Shown here: piece by piece, positions 1 to 14,041 of the stretch | How positions within the stretch are numbered: position 1 is the stretch's first letter | How the letters are laid out: each line of letters opens with the position of its first letter | Origin: Octopus sinensis | Lineage: Eukaryota | Assembly: GCF_006345805.1 (NCBI RefSeq) | Contig: NC_043002.1 | Span: forward strand, 96,162,001 to 96,226,000 | Direction of reading: 5' to 3' | DNA: 64,000 nucleotides | Notes under the pieces: model-generated | The model's database searches: none | Told to the model about the DNA's origin: nothing | Seen by the model: the letters and a program-made list of their open reading frames with translations, nothing else | Position numbers and translations under genes: made by a program

Positions 1-139
1 CTAAGTACTAAACAAACAAGTCTGACCATACTACTACAAAAGGCATGCCTCTTTACTTCCCCCTCTTCTCCCTTTCTTGGCAAACCCTACAAAATTTTTG
101 TATATAAAAAGGCCAAGAAATCTAACTTTAAACCACTTT

Positions 140-915
140 TATGTGCCACCTGTGTCGGTGGCACATAAAAAGCACCCACTATACTCACGGAGTGGTTGGC
201 GTTAGGAAGGGCATCCAGCTGTAGAAACACTGCCAGATCTGACTGGCCTGGTGCAGCCTTCGGGCTTTCCAGACCCCAGTTGAACCGTCCAACCCATGCT
301 AGCATGGAGAGCGGACGTTAAACGATGATGATGATGATGATGATATATATATGTGTGCAGGTGGGCTACAGTATCCTTGGCACCTATGTGAATTTTTGAT
401 ACCCTGGTAACTATTTATTTTTTCCTTGTTGCTTGTACATATTGAAAAAATACATGTACATTTATGTGTAGATCATCATCGTTTAACATCCACTTTCCAT
501 GCTAGCATGGGTTGGACGATTTTGACTGAGGGCTGGCGAACCAGATGGCTGCACCAGGCTCCAGTCTTGATTTGGCAGAGTTTCTACAGCTGGATGCCCT
601 TCCTAACGCCAACCACTCCGAGAGTGTAGTGGGTGCTTTCACATGCCACCGGCACGGGGGCCAATCAGGCAGTACTGGCAACGACCTCGCTCGAATCCTT
701 TTATACATGCCACCAGCACAGGTGCCAGAAGGCGATTTTGGTAACGATCACGCTCGAATGGTGCCCTTTTTACATACCCACTGGCATGGAAGCCAGTTGG
801 CTGCTCTGGTAACGATCACGCTTGGATGGTGCTCTTGGCACCCTACTAGCACGGGCACAAGTTACAGTAAGGCGATGCTAGTAACGATCACGTTTGAATG
901 GTGCCCATTTTAGTG
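140..915. repeat. Abundant SINE-like repeat with RTE-type 3' tail and (GAT)n end: two copies here, many elsewhere
   Basis: Core gtggttggcgttaggaagggcatccagctgtagaaac...ccatgctagcatgg...aaacgatgatgat recurs at about 140-343, 474-915, 3690-3855, 10200-10385, 21290-21503, 23465-23945, 26874-27290, 57730-58235 and 63340-63600. Several copies contain an internal ~55-60 bp variable tandem subrepeat. Confidence 0.85.
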
Positions 916-1065
916 TCCAAAGGAGGAAAAGGTATGCATAAATGGGCTGGTTACACCCCTGGCATAGGCCATGAGATTATGGTTTCATTTGGCTTGCCTG
1001 GTCTTCTCACACACGACCTCGGTCACTAGTCATTGCCTTGGTGAAGGCAATGACTAGTGACCGAG

Positions 1066-3600
1066 ACAAAAAACAAAAATCAAAGATGAGTGTGTAAACA
1101 ACAGATGCATTAGTTTAACGCTCAGGAAGTGAGAAAGTCTTTTACATTTCGAGCCTATGCCCTTTGACAGAAAAGAACACAGAAATAAACAGGGAGAGAA
1201 AATAGAAAAAGGTTTAGTGGCTACCGATCTACCATGGCGAATGCCGGACAGAGGGGTCACACAGGAGAGCTAGGAAGAAGGGGAGATAATAAAGTAGTGG
1301 AGATAATAAAGTAGTGGTGATCTCAAAATGAAGGCGCATGTCTGTGGATGTGAGTGTGTATGTGCATGTGGAAGGGGGCTGGTGACATTGACGTGTGTGT
1401 GTGTGTGTGCATGTGTAAGTGTGTGGATGATGGTGTAGGTGCTGGGAAGTGGTCGTGTGTGGGGTGGTGTGATGTGGTGTGGTATGGTATGGTGGTGTTG
1501 GGGTGTGGGGGAGGTGAGAATGGGGGAGCTAGGGTGGGGGCCTAAGGGATGGGGTGGAGTGGGATGGTATGTATAGGGATGGTGGGGTTAGAATGTATAG
1601 GGGTGGGATAATGAGGGAGGAGGTGACGATAAAGAGAGAGGGTGGAAGAGAGAAGATGGGTAGGAGTGAAGAGGAAGTAGGTGCCAGAGCAAGAGGTGGG
1701 TGGGAGGAAGTAGGTGTGAGAGGAAGAGAGGAGGAGAGTTAGAAGAAGAGGAGAGGAGAGTTGAGCCCATGTGACACAAAGGAGTGAAGAGAGAAGATTA
1801 TCCCTGCTCACAGCGAAGACAGGAGTTTGGATGGTCCCTGTGCAAGGACAGTCTGAACACAGATAGGTGTTGTATAGAATGACCAGTAGAACAGAAATCA
1901 CATGAGACTGGGGTGTCATTGCTGAATTGGATGCCTCGGAGGTGTTCCGCGAATTGGTCAGCCAAGCGGCATCCCGTTTGACCAATGTATAGAGAAGGAC
2001 AGAGAGTGCAGGAGATGCAGTAGAGGAAGTTGCTAGAAGTACAGGTGAAGGAGTCAGTGATATGATAAGGTCGATGATGGGTGCCTGTGAGGAGGGTGGT
2101 GTTGGAGAGGTAAGGGCAAGTGCAGCAGCATGGGTGGGAGCAGGGTAATGAGCTGCACTGGGAGGTTGGGTTAGGGAAGAAGCTGTGGACCAAGAGGTCT
2201 TGTAGGTTGTGGGCTTGTTTGAAGGAGGGGAGGGGTCGGTTAGGAGAGATGTGCGAAGTGAAGGGGTCAGACTGGAGTTGTTGGAAGGCTCGGAGTATGG
2301 TGCATTGGAGAGGTAGGGTGGTAGGTGAGGGGAAACAGAAGATGGGTGACAGCTGGGCAGGTGTGGGAGGAGAGAGTAGATGCACGGTCCATGGAATGTG
2401 CTCTGGTAAGGGCAGTGTGGATAGTGGTGAGGGGATATCCACATAGGATGAAGTGGTGAGCCATAAGTTGAGACTGAGTCTCAAAGTCATGGTTGTCACT
2501 GCAGAGCCTGTGTAGACGGAGGAATTTAGAATAGGGGAAGGAAAGCTTGGTGTATTTAGGGTGGGAGGAGGAGAATTTGAGGTATGAGTGTGAGTCTGTG
2601 TGTTTGTAGTGGATGGAGGTGGTGAGAGTGGAGTGATGAATGCTGACTGAAATGTTGAGAAAAGCAACTGAGGTGTCAGAAATAGTGCAGAAGAAGTGGA
2701 GGGCAGAATGGAAAGATTTGACAAAAGAGAGGAAAGAGTCTAAATGTTCACAGGAGAGTGAGGTCGCACCGATACAGTCGTCAATATAATGACCGTATAG
2801 TTCAGGAGTGGGACCAATGAAACTTTAAAATATTTGGGCCTCAACGTAGCCAACGAACAGGTTTGCATAGTTGGGGCCTATTCTCGTTCCCATGGCCACT
2901 CCCGAGACCATCTGGTAAAAATTAGCCATGAATGTGAAACTGTCAATTGAGAGGACAAGTTCGGCCAGACGAAAGAGTGTGGATGTGTCAGGTTGGGGGT
3001 TGGTTCAAAGGTCAAGGAAATGTTGGAGTGCATGCAGCCCCTTGTGGTGAGGGATCACCATGTATCGACTCTTGATGTCAAGAGTGAAGAGAAGTTTAGA
3101 GGGTCCAAGAGGGGAGGAGAAAGAGTTGAACAAATGAAGAGCATGGTTGGTGGCATGGATGTGAGAGAGGAGAGAAGCCACTAGGAGGGGCAAGGACATG
3201 GTCACGATATCTGGAGATGAGTTTGGGGAGGCAGTTGCAGGCAGAGACGATGGGGCGGCCAGGGTTGTTAGGTTTGTGGACTTTGGGGAGGAAGTAAATT
3301 GTGGGAGTGTGAGGGGGTGCGGACAATGAGGTTAGAGGCGGTGGGGAAGAGACGGGAGGAGGAGATGAGGTCATGGATAGTAGAGGACACAATCTGTTGG
3401 TAACTGGGTGTGGGGTTGGAGGGCAGAGGGCAGTAGAAGGTGGTGTCTTGAAGTTGGTGGAGAGCTTCCACTTTGTAGAGGTCTGCACGTCACACCACCA
3501 CAGCTCTACTATTGTCAGCTGGTGGTTTTATGATGATGTCCGTGCAGCGTCAGAGACATTGAAGGGCCGAGAGTTCGGCTGGGGAGATGTTCAGATGTTG
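1066..3600 (-). mobile_element. Penelope-like retroelement A (RT plus C-terminal GIY-YIG), 5'-truncated and frameshifted
   Basis: Minus-strand ORF pieces IYFLPKVHKPNNPGRPIVSACN, KLLFTLDIKSRY, YVDIP..., and TCTSSNFLYCISCTLCPSLYIGQTGCRLADQFAEH (GIY-YIG). Pyrimidine-rich 3' UTR on the minus strand. Confidence 0.9.
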
Positions 3601-4192
3601 GGGACACTTGGAAAAATCAAACCAGTCCACAGTACGCAGGCAGGCCCGCGCAAAAAGATCAACTGCTTGGAACTGGCCACATAAATAGCACCTACTACAT
3701 TCTTGAAGTGGTTGGCATTAAGGAGGGCATCCAGATGTAGAAACATTGCCAGATCAGATTGGAGCCTGATGCAGCCGCTTGTTCTCCAGACCTCAGTCAC
3801 ACCGTCCAACCCATGCCAGCATGGAAAAGGGACATTAAATGATGATGATGATGAGGAAGGAAAATAGGACAAGGTAGAAAATGTTAAAATGATTTTATCA
3901 TGAAGAATATTTTAGTGCCGGTTTCAGTCTGCATGAAAAACAATTGAATTGTGGAAAAATTAAATTAAATAATTAAATGTTTTAAAAATATTTCCATGTT
4001 TTTCAAATACATGGGACATTTTCCTTTTTCTGTTTCTCTCCCTTTTTTACCTTTGTGAAGGTTCAGCAAATAGGTAGTGTCTGAAGGAATATTAAATATT
4101 CCTTCAGACCTGCTACTACCTATTTTCCTTATAAATATCAATTCGTGTGTTACTTTCCAACCTTCCGCACACACATAGCCCGTATAATTATT

Positions 4193-4613
4193 GGATCTTT
4201 TCGGTTTGAACGGCAGTTTTTCTAGCGGTGTCATATGAAATTGTCACCCATAATTATGACCCTAGTATCGATCTATTACATTTCAATCTATTTTAGGGTT
4301 AGGGTTAGGGGTGGGGGAAGGGTATCTTTTTTTCTTCACAAATGTAAATAAACCCAATCTGTTTCTTAAACGAGGGACATATTCATACGGCACAGAATGT
4401 TTTTTTTTTTACCTCAATAGACGTCAGTGATTGGTTGAAATTGCAGAAATTGAAGGAAAAAAAACAACAAATATCTTACAAACTATAGAATTTTCTCAAT
4501 AAAGCCAAGAGAAAAAGATGTTTTATAAACACATTCTACCAGTATACGAAGTTTAAAATTTTTTAGTTACCTAGAAATTATGTTAAAAACTGCCGTTCAA
4601 ACCGAAAAGATCC
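4193..4613. mobile_element. MITE with 28-bp TIRs and internal TTAGGG repeats (copy 1), ~205 bp upstream of the SNAP29 ATG
   Basis: GGATCTTTTCGGTTTGAACGGCAGTTTT at 4193 and its exact inverse ending at 4613. Near-identical copy at 50090-50507. No clear TSD on this copy. Confidence 0.9.
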
Positions 4614-4817
4614 ATTGTACTTACTCTCTTATCAACAACCGGATGAATATTTGAATAAAACCAAAATAGATTACATAAGAGTACTTATTGGGACAAGTAA
4701 AATAAAAAATTTTTTTTTAATTCTGTTAAAGGGAGATAACAACAGATATTCTCTATAAATGTGAGTAAAGAAACGGTGATGTCAACAAGTCGATATTGGC
4801 AAGTTGTTATTTCTTAA

Positions 4818-5045
4818 ATGATGGCCAATAAATCGAATCCGTTTTTCGTGGATGATGAACTCGATGCAGAGTTTTTAAAAGGTTCCAGGCACCCAAACAG
4901 AAACCAGTTTGGATACGACGATGATGAAAACCCACACCAACTGTTATCGAAGATAGAAGAATCAGAAATTAGACAACTTGAAAGTACTCGGAATGCTTTA
5001 GCATCCATTTATGATTCTGAACAGATGGGAATTGCCACTGCTGAA
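4818..5045 (+). CDS. SNAP29: SNAP29 coding exon 1
   Basis: MMANKSNPFF...QLESTRNALASIYDSEQMGIATAE: N-terminal NPF motif plus start of the Qb SNARE helix. 228 nt, then donor GTGAGT at 5046 (phase 0). Confidence 0.93.
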
Positions 5046-7184
5046 GTGAGTTATTACCTCATTTTACGTGTTTTTATTACCTAATTTTACGTGTTTATTC
5101 TTTCAGTTGGTCTCACCTTAAATGACTAAATAGATTCTGATACATTGATTATTTCTAGGAATCGAAAAATTACCCCTATTTGACAGGTTCGTACATTTGT
5201 CATAAACATGTTTTTAAAATGAGAAGTATAAAACTAATCTGAAATCCGGTCAGGACTGAACAAAATTTTATGAAAACAGCTAAACATTTTAATTATAAAT
5301 CCATACTTGTTAACTTTACAAGTATTACGACAGACATATTATTTTGACAAAGTTTTTGTCCAGTATATATTATTTATCATTACATCAGTTGTTTCTCGAT
5401 TCGGTGATATGCAGTAACATGCACCTAAACAATAGTGGAATTTCTTCCGGCTGTTTATGTTCTATGTTCAAATTCCGCCGATGACTCAACTTTTTGATAT
5501 TTTAGAGATCGATAAAATAGGTGCCAATCGAGCACTGAAATTATAGTAATCAACGAACCTCCTCCCTCCAAAATCGCTAATCTTGTGTTATTTTAAGTTG
5601 AACAGCTATTATTTTATGCAATGGGAGGTGTAAAAAGAAACCTTATTTAGGTGATCTGAAGTATAAGGTACCATTTATTTTCTCAAACTTTAATGGTTAT
5701 TATTTTACCTCACGAGATATTTTCGAGAAATAATAGTCGAATGTCCATATAATCGAACCCACCCATCGTAACAGTGCCGACATCTGGAAGTGGTTTCATT
5801 TACACACACATAACTGACAAACAAATCGACTATTATGTTTTTAAATTCAGTTTAGTAGGGATTCATCGGCTCAATATTTTTGATATCTGGACAATATTAT
5901 TATTTACACACACATACACAAAGTTGTATTAAATATAGTTAATCTATCGGCGATATAATTTTAGCAGTTGATTTGTTTTAATCAAATGACTTATGTAACA
6001 AGAAGCAAGAAAAAAAAAACTTGTGTGAACCATCCTATTTCTATATAATATTAGGGCTGGGGTCAAGTGATGGTATTGTTTATATTCTTAGCGTTTTAAT
6101 AGGCCAGACATTTTAAAATGTCATTGTTTACAACGTATTGTTCTACTTAGTAATTAATTAGTGAGATTGATACTGTCAGAAACAACCTTATCTCTGCCCT
6201 TCTATATCGTTTACATTAATGTTCCAGTTTCTTCTGAAAATGCATTAAAAAAGACGATAACGTTGACAACTCGACTAATTAATTGCATTACATATTTAGC
6301 ATAAGCTGGAGGTCATTTTCTTTTCCCCTTTTTATTATTATTAAATGAAAAAAAAAAACTCTTCTTATATATAATATTGACCCTCACTAATTCAGTAAAT
6401 GTAGTGTTAGAATAAGGAGTTTGTCGGATCAATAACGACCACTTCATCATATCTTTAAAATACCCAGTAAAGGGGGGGGGGCGTTAAATAAAGGAAGTGA
6501 AATTTTTTATGAAAAACTAGTAAAATGCAGGATACAGATTCAGTAATTCTGTTGACATAGGGCTTACATACTAACAAACAGGAACTTACAACTAACTAGT
6601 TATGTATCAGGATGGGAAAGCCGTCAATTCCACCATGTTCATTAAAAAATATAATTGAAACACCAGGAACTGATGAGGAAACCAGTTTTGGATGTTTCTT
6701 GTTATTCATTGTCTTCTTAATACACATCTTTGATGTGCTGTTAGCAAAGAACCAGAGCAATTCTTTTGTTTCTATATATCATACAATGTCAGAGAGCCAA
6801 TGTGTAGTTCACATAAGCTTCTCACAATCAGCTGTTCTTTTCAAAAGTGCATGTTTTTATCTGATGGACAGAATGGATGGCGTTTGTGTGTTTACACAAG
6901 AAGCACATATCATGCATTTGAACCATGTCTAGAGCTAAATATGACCCAATTATAATAATGAATTCTTATAAAGGCACAAGGCCGAGTATTTTAAGGGAAA
7001 GAACTGTCAATACTATTACTCCTATTTCCAAGACTTAGCTAAAACATATTTCATCCATCCTAGAAGGATGAAATGTAATGTCAGTCTAGCTGGGATTTGA
7101 GCTCAAAACAAAGATTGTAACAAAATTCTACAAAGCAGTTTGGCCACTGGTGTAACAATTTTGTCTGTCCACTATGGGTTATAA

Positions 7185-7500
7185 CAGGCCTGGCCAACTC
7201 GAATTACATTGCGAACCATTTTAATCGCAGAAAGTTTTTTGAGGGCTGCTTGTATACTGACAGAATTGAAAGCATTTTGCTTTCTCATGCTATTATTACA
7301 ATAATGAGTGAATAATTGTTGATCCAATGTAAAATATTATCATTGCAAAAACAGTAGTATCTTTCTTTTTTTACTTTTCATTGTAATCTTTAATTTTTAT
7401 AAAATTTTTAAAATGTTTAAATAAACCTATTTCAAGAAAGCATCAAACAGGCCACAAGATAAAAGCTTGCAGCCTGTGGACCTCAGGTTGGCCAGCCCAG
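7185..7500. mobile_element. hAT-like MITE
   Basis: Ends CAGGCCTGGCCAAC...GTTGGCCAGCCCAG. 8-bp TSD GGTTATAA at 7177-84 and 7501-08. Confidence 0.8.
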
Positions 7501-9208
7501 GGTTATAAACATGCCGAAAAACCCAGTAGAAATGACTTTCCTGTGTTTACAAGTTTGCACCAAAAACACATTTGTGATAATTGAATACATACATACAGCA
7601 AGCAAGCAATTGGACTAGGCTCCCTGTTTGTTTGACAATCACTTTGCAATGCATATTGCATGCATTTTATCATAGCGCCAGCACTTGATAAATTGCCTTG
7701 TCTTTAGCAACACTAAAATATTCTCTCTTCTCCACATTTGTGCCTGTTTATTCAAGGAAGTATATCCTAGAGAGTGAATAGGAATGTGCAGACTACAGCA
7801 AGAGTGTGGTACGAGGGAATAGAGGTAGGTGTGATAGAGAATACACTATTGGAAAAGACAGTGATAACTTATCACTGATAAGCAACAACAAGATGGTTGC
7901 TGGTAAGCTGAGCCATGGAGTCAGTACATTAAAAACTTTGACTTAGACTCATTATTTTATAGTTGGAACTCCCAGTTTCATCTCTTCTTGTTGTAATAAA
8001 ATTATAAAAGAAATAAGCTATAAAAGAAAATCAGGAATATCTTTGCTTATCACTTCAAAAATCTGAAGTACATCAAAGGTGAAACTAAAACACTGAACAC
8101 TCAAAGTAACTTAAGAAATGACTAATTTAAAAGAAACAAACATGTTTTGATACATAGCCTTCTCTTTTTGAGATTAAAGCCTTGTCTTAATGTAAAATTT
8201 AAATAAATGTAACATGAAAGATTACATTAAATGAAATAAAAATTATATCATGAAGATAGAAAACATTAGCTTTTCCAATTGAATAAAGAAACATATCTAT
8301 AGAATAGAGATGAAATAAAATGACCGGAGCCAGGGCTGGTACATTTGTACTGAATCCAGTCCAACAATTTAATAATTACTTCTGACTCTGACTCATCTGG
8401 CCCATTGGTAAGGAAATTGAAAAGAAAGGTAGCACAAATGGTATGGTGGTTGAGGGAGTGAATGAAAGGAGGGAAATGGTGGTGGAAGAGGGAGTAATGG
8501 AGGTGAGAGAATGTGCTGGTTATTAATAAAAAAAAAAAGGATGATGGTAAGTGAGAAATTGGATATGAGCCAGTCCAGTGTTATCCCTCATTATAGAAGC
8601 AATATAATAGGAGAAAAGTGGAGTGATTAAACAGTGACAATAAACTGAGAGTTAAATATAGACAGATCCACATCCTAACATTCATCATCAACATTTTAAT
8701 AGTGTTCATTTTGCCATGCATGTTTAGGTGGGTTGATCTTCTCAAGCGCTACATGTTGCCACTTGTCATCTCCTTCACAAGATTCAGTCTCTTGAGAGAA
8801 GTCTTTGCTATTTTATCATATGTCTTCCTTGGTCTCCTTCTACAACAGCTTCCATCAATTGGAACACTTGACACTGCTTTGTTCAACTGATATCTTTGAT
8901 AGGCGTTACATGCTCTTGCAAACACAGTTTTCTCGCTTCCTGTGTTTCTAAGTGGTGAAAATAACTTCTAACAACAACCTCCTCCAACACTTTTAATCTT
9001 TCTCCCTTTTTAGTGACCACTAGTATGATTTTTTTTAAAGCCAAATTTCCTGGAGACCTATTTTCATGTTATTCACCAGTGAGCTCTCATCAACAACAAA
9101 CTGGTAAAAAGTATTGCTTCATTCAACATCTGCAAGGCTTTTAATTGTGTTTGGCATGAGAACTTTTAAATAAAAACGCCTGCTTGTGGATTCTCTCTGT
9201 TTCTCATT

Positions 9209-9358
9209 CGGATTCATGTCGGACCACACTATTGCAGTGTGTGCTGATCTTCCTCTGATTTTCACTATATCCTCTCCAATCTCCGGATTCATGTCGGACC
9301 ACACTATTGCAGTGTGTGCTGATCTTCCTCTGATTTTCACTATATCCTCTCCAATCTC
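9209..9358. repeat. Exact 75-bp tandem duplication inside a degenerate LINE-like segment
   Basis: cggattcatgtcggaccacac...cctctccaatctc occurs at 9209-9283 and 9284-9358. Confidence 0.95.
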
Positions 9359-12300
9359 CTTGCCAGCACTACCAATAATACTCTCTTCTATGCATTTAAA
9401 ATTTTCTATTCCCTAATCTTCTGCAGCCTAGACTCCTTGTGCTAAATCTACACTGACCCCATGAACAGTGACCTTAAAAATCCCCCAGTGAGCTCATCTC
9501 CGCTTTGTTTCCTTTAGTAGTGTGAAGAGACAATCTTTACACATGAAGAGAACATAGCACCCACTTTCAACAAACTTGACAGGAACAGAAGCAGAACCTT
9601 CAAGGTTTCTACAAATGCTTGGTCTCACCATCACTGAGGATTTCTCCTGATGAATATGCCATCTCAGCATCACAAAGAATAGCATTCCTTTTCAGAGCCA
9701 GAAAAAAATATTCACCGTATAATAAGCTCAGGTGCAATGCAAAAGTGTACTGTTCCTTCGTCTGGAACAGTGCTGCTATTATTCACATAGAAATCGTAGA
9801 CTTCATGAAATCATTCATCAACATTCTCTAACCTCTACTTCACAGATGTGCTGTCTCATCCTTTTACCTTTTCCACTGATACAATGGTGTCTACTCTTCA
9901 GAGCTGGCTGGTCTTGTGCCACCTCCATACATGCACCTCCAATTCACTTCCTTTCTTCTCTAATATTATATGACCCTGCACCAAGCCCCACATTAATTTA
10001 GACATTCATCCTTCCTCCCAAAATGCCAACCCTCAGGAATTCCCTTCCTTGTATATCTTGCTTGCATTAGTCAACTTGTAAATGCTGAGAAGGAACTTAA
10101 ACTGTATCAGTTTCCTCAGTCACAAAAAAACCTGTGTAGATCATGGGAATAATCCCTTCCTCCAGACCACATGAAATCATAATTGTGGCCAGATCACCCA
10201 TGCCAGTGACAAGCAAAATGCACCCAGTACACTCTGAGGAGTGGTTGGCATTAGAAAGGGTACCCAATCACAGAAGCAAAGCCAAAATGGACCAGCACCT
10301 GGTGCTGCTTTCTAGCTTCCCAGTTCCAGTCAAACTGTCTTACCTCGGCTAGCATGGAAAACAGATGCTAAATGATGATGATGATTAGGTCTCATATCAT
10401 CTACTGAAAACATTACATTTGTTGTAAATGTTATTGAACAGCTGGGAGTTACTGACTCTAATGTATGAAATAAAATCCAAAGAATTTTGCTTCCTGGGAA
10501 GTACTATCCGCTTCTACATTAGAATCTGAATTTCAAAGAATGCAACAGTTGTTTGTAATTACCTCTGCTCCATAATAAATCATCCCATTACTCTATCTCT
10601 TGAGTTCTTTTCCTAGAACCACCAATGAGGATTGTTGAGGCAGTCCCTGTATGGAAACTGAATTTGCTTGAAATAGTAGATATCATCCCATTGGCTAATA
10701 TAATGTGCAGTTATCTAGAAAATACGACAGGATTGTCACACTTGTTGGGGTTAAACAACATACTGTCACAATAAATATAATCACAAAGTATCTGTATATG
10801 ACTTTGGTGAAAGCTTTGGGGATTCACCATTAAACATAATTGTTTTTGATGAGCCAACAAAATAATATCTATGTAGTTACTTGACCTACTAGAAATAGCA
10901 GCCAATTCTCTTCTAAACTGTTTTGTATTATTAAAAAAAATTACACATTAGATTATGTTTAAAAAAAAATGGGCTGGTCACAGAACAAGAAGGCTATTGT
11001 TATGCTATAATCTTGCCTCTTCAGGAGTCAGTAAATCAGAACTCCCAACTAATATTAATCTATTCCTTCTGAACTATCAATAATTTCTGCTCTTTATTGA
11101 TGGGATTAATTCAGATATCAATTTGTAATAGACTTTAAAGAATAACTGACATTTATTGAATTACTATAGTGTATGGCAGTACTGAATTGATATATTCTGT
11201 GACAGTATCATGCTGATCATCAGATACTTACAGAGATTTTCTGGAGTATTTTACCAACCATATTCTACCAATCTTAAAATGAGCATAGATGTTGAAAACA
11301 GTTGCAGAAATTCTAGATCATTTTGGCAATGAGTTTAAAGATCAAACTCTAATGACTCTAAAAATAATTGAAAAAGTAGATCTGCAAGTTAGGGCTGACT
11401 TGTGTTGGTCAGGTCTCAAAGCATTTCACTGCTTACTGCAATCCTTTTTCATCACCTGGCACATATAGCAACACAGAAAAACTAACTCTGGTGTAGTGTA
11501 TCATCATTTTTAGCATGGTTTTTATAACTGGATACCCTTCTTATCACCAAACTATTTTACATTATGGACTGGGTACATTTTATTGTGTCAACAGCATGCA
11601 TAAGGGACTTTGTCCCCAATAAGAATAGACTGCCTTACCTTATGTTGTCTTGCGTGTGTGTTTGTGTAAGAGGGAGAGAGAGAATATTTTGTATGTATAT
11701 ACATATATAAATTAGTTGAAAGACTAATGTGGTTGCTGATTAGGTTGAATATTCTTTGGTTTATATGAGCAAGGGAGCATTGCTGAGGAGAGCTGGGGAA
11801 GGAAGGATTGGAGAGAGTGCTTAGAAAGCTAGTGATTATAGCAATTCTGTGAGTTAATCCTTGCTAATCAGCCAGATGGATGTCTTTTGCATGCTGACTA
11901 AACTATTTGTGTATATACAGCAGCAGAATTCCAGATCTGTACTCTAATGTGGGTTGTACTTGAGATTTATAGGTGTCCTAAAGAGAAAAGTCTTTGGAAT
12001 GTAAAAGATCATCAGAAATCATGATACCTAGTATTGTAGTATGTGGATGATCTCAATGTACAGAAGATGAATCCATGAAGGATGATATCATGTGCATAGA
12101 AATTTGTGTGTGTGTGTATTGTTGGTAGTAGGTTGTTAGTGTATAGAAAGATGAATGTGGGATGCATCAACTAAACTTTGTGGTAGACCAGAGTTCATAG
12201 TATGGGTCTTAGAGCTACTTTCAGCTCGTATGCTGCAATACTGTGTACTGACATAAAATTTTCAATCAAAGAGATAAACACTATCATCTTTGAGATGGTG

Positions 12301-12729
12301 GAAGTGAAAGCTGTAGCTGATAGGACTGGAGAAGTTGGGTATTTTTGTACATTTCCAAATATTGGAATATATTCCTGCAGAGGGAGAAATTGAAGAGTTT
12401 ATCAAGGATAGAAGCTGCACTAGAGTGTACCACTTGAAGGTCAGGGAAAGGATGCTGTCAGGACTGGTAACTTTGTGTTGATGTGATTAGATGAGTTTGT
12501 AGAATGTGTGCAGAGTGAAATTAGAGGTTTTGTTGGTGATACTGCTGCTGAGCCATCTTAGTTGAGAAATGATGGTTAGGAGGTTTTTACAAAGCTGGTA
12601 AAGGACCTTTTGGCAAAGAGCAAGGACTGGCTGTAGTTTGAAAGGCAAGAAGGCTTGCAGACCATGTGATGCACAAAAGATCAGATTAGAGCCTGGTGCA
12701 GCCTTCCAGCTTGCCAGTTCTCAGTCAAA

Positions 12730-12962
12730 CGTATTTCTTTACTACCCACAACGGGCTAAACATATAGAGGACAAACAAGGACAGATAAATGGATTAAGTC
12801 GATTATATCGACCCCAGTGCATAACTGGTACTTATTAAATCGACCCCGAAAGGATGAAAGGCAAAGTCGAGCTCGGCGGAATTTGAACTCAGAACATAGC
12901 GGCAGACAAAATACGGCTATGCATTTTGCCCGGTGTGCTAACGTTTCTGCCAGTTCACCACC
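12730..12962 (-). repeat. tRNA-headed SINE family with gcctttcatcctttcggggtcgat core (Deu/Nin-like domain)
   Basis: Copies at about 12730-12960, 13075-13260, 13680-13890, 14922-15313, 27730-27890, 32340-32490, 37380-37560, 41370-41760, 51969-52360 and 61326-61470. The Deu/Nin assignment is from memory of the core motif. Confidence 0.75.
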
Positions 12963-14041
12963 CTAGTCCTCAGTGAAACAGTCCAACCCATGCCAGCATG
13001 GAAAGCGAACATTAAACAATGATGATGATGAGGTAATTTTAAGACCCCTGATGACATATCAAACCAGTTGAAATATAGCTGGCAGAATCATTAGCATGCC
13101 AGACAAAATGCATATCAGCATTTCTTGTAGATTTACATACTGAAGTTAAATATCAGCAAGGTTGACCTTGCTTTTCATCCTTTCAGGATCAATAAAATAA
13201 GTACTAGTTGAGTGCTGGGGTTGATGTAACTGATCAGCCCCCTCCTCTAAAATTTCAAACCTTGTACCTATTAGTAGAAAGAAATATTGGAAACAGCTAA
13301 AGGTTATAGTTTGAAAAATTATAACCTAATTAACAACTCCTCTTAAACATCTATAATAATGATAAATGTGAAATTCTGTCTGTCTGTCCGTCCAGGACCC
13401 CTGTATCTCAATCTACATTTGTTCTACATAGACATATTATACCTTTTTGGAATCAGGATGATCCCAGGATTGAAAATCTGCCCTTTATTTGGTTCTTGAA
13501 CATCCAGCTTTGGGATCAGGTCTGAATGAGGATTTGTTATATGCTAACAGTTGAAAATTCAAATTTTAAAAGAGCTCCAAAAATTTGTGAACTTAAAAGT
13601 TTTCATTTAAACTGAATTTAAAATAATACTGCATCAGTAGGGTACCAATAGGTGCTTTATTATTATTGCACTGTTTAAGGCGATGTGCTGGCAGAATCGT
13701 TAGCATGCCAGGCGAAATGCTTAGCCATATTTTGTCTACCGCTACATTCTGAGTTCAAATTGTGCTGAGGTTGACCTTGCTTGTCATCCTTTCAGGGTTA
13801 ATAAATTAAGTACCAGTGAAACACTGGGGTCAATGTAAGCAACTAGTCCCCTCCCACGAATTTCAGGCCTTGTGTCTTTAGTAGAAAGAATTATTATTGC
13901 TCTGTTTAGCTTTGGGTCATAGGCCCAATTAGCCCTTTGCAGGAGCTAGCATAAAAGTCCGCACAGAGTGCGACTTTTAAGCTGGTTTAACAAAATTTGA
14001 AAGTTATGATTAATAAGTGAATATTTATTTTTATTATTCAG

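Noticed and set aside
1150-1190. Active hammerhead in Penelope A tail
   Set aside because: The minus-strand core reads CTGTCAA instead of CTGANGA, so it is a decayed remnant.
4271-4320. Interstitial telomere
   Set aside because: Only 2-3 TTAGGG units, internal to a MITE present twice in the window.
6660-6710. Other CTGATGA hits (about 6670, 13048, 17828, 62223)
   Set aside because: No helix II closed by GAAA together with a matching helix I.
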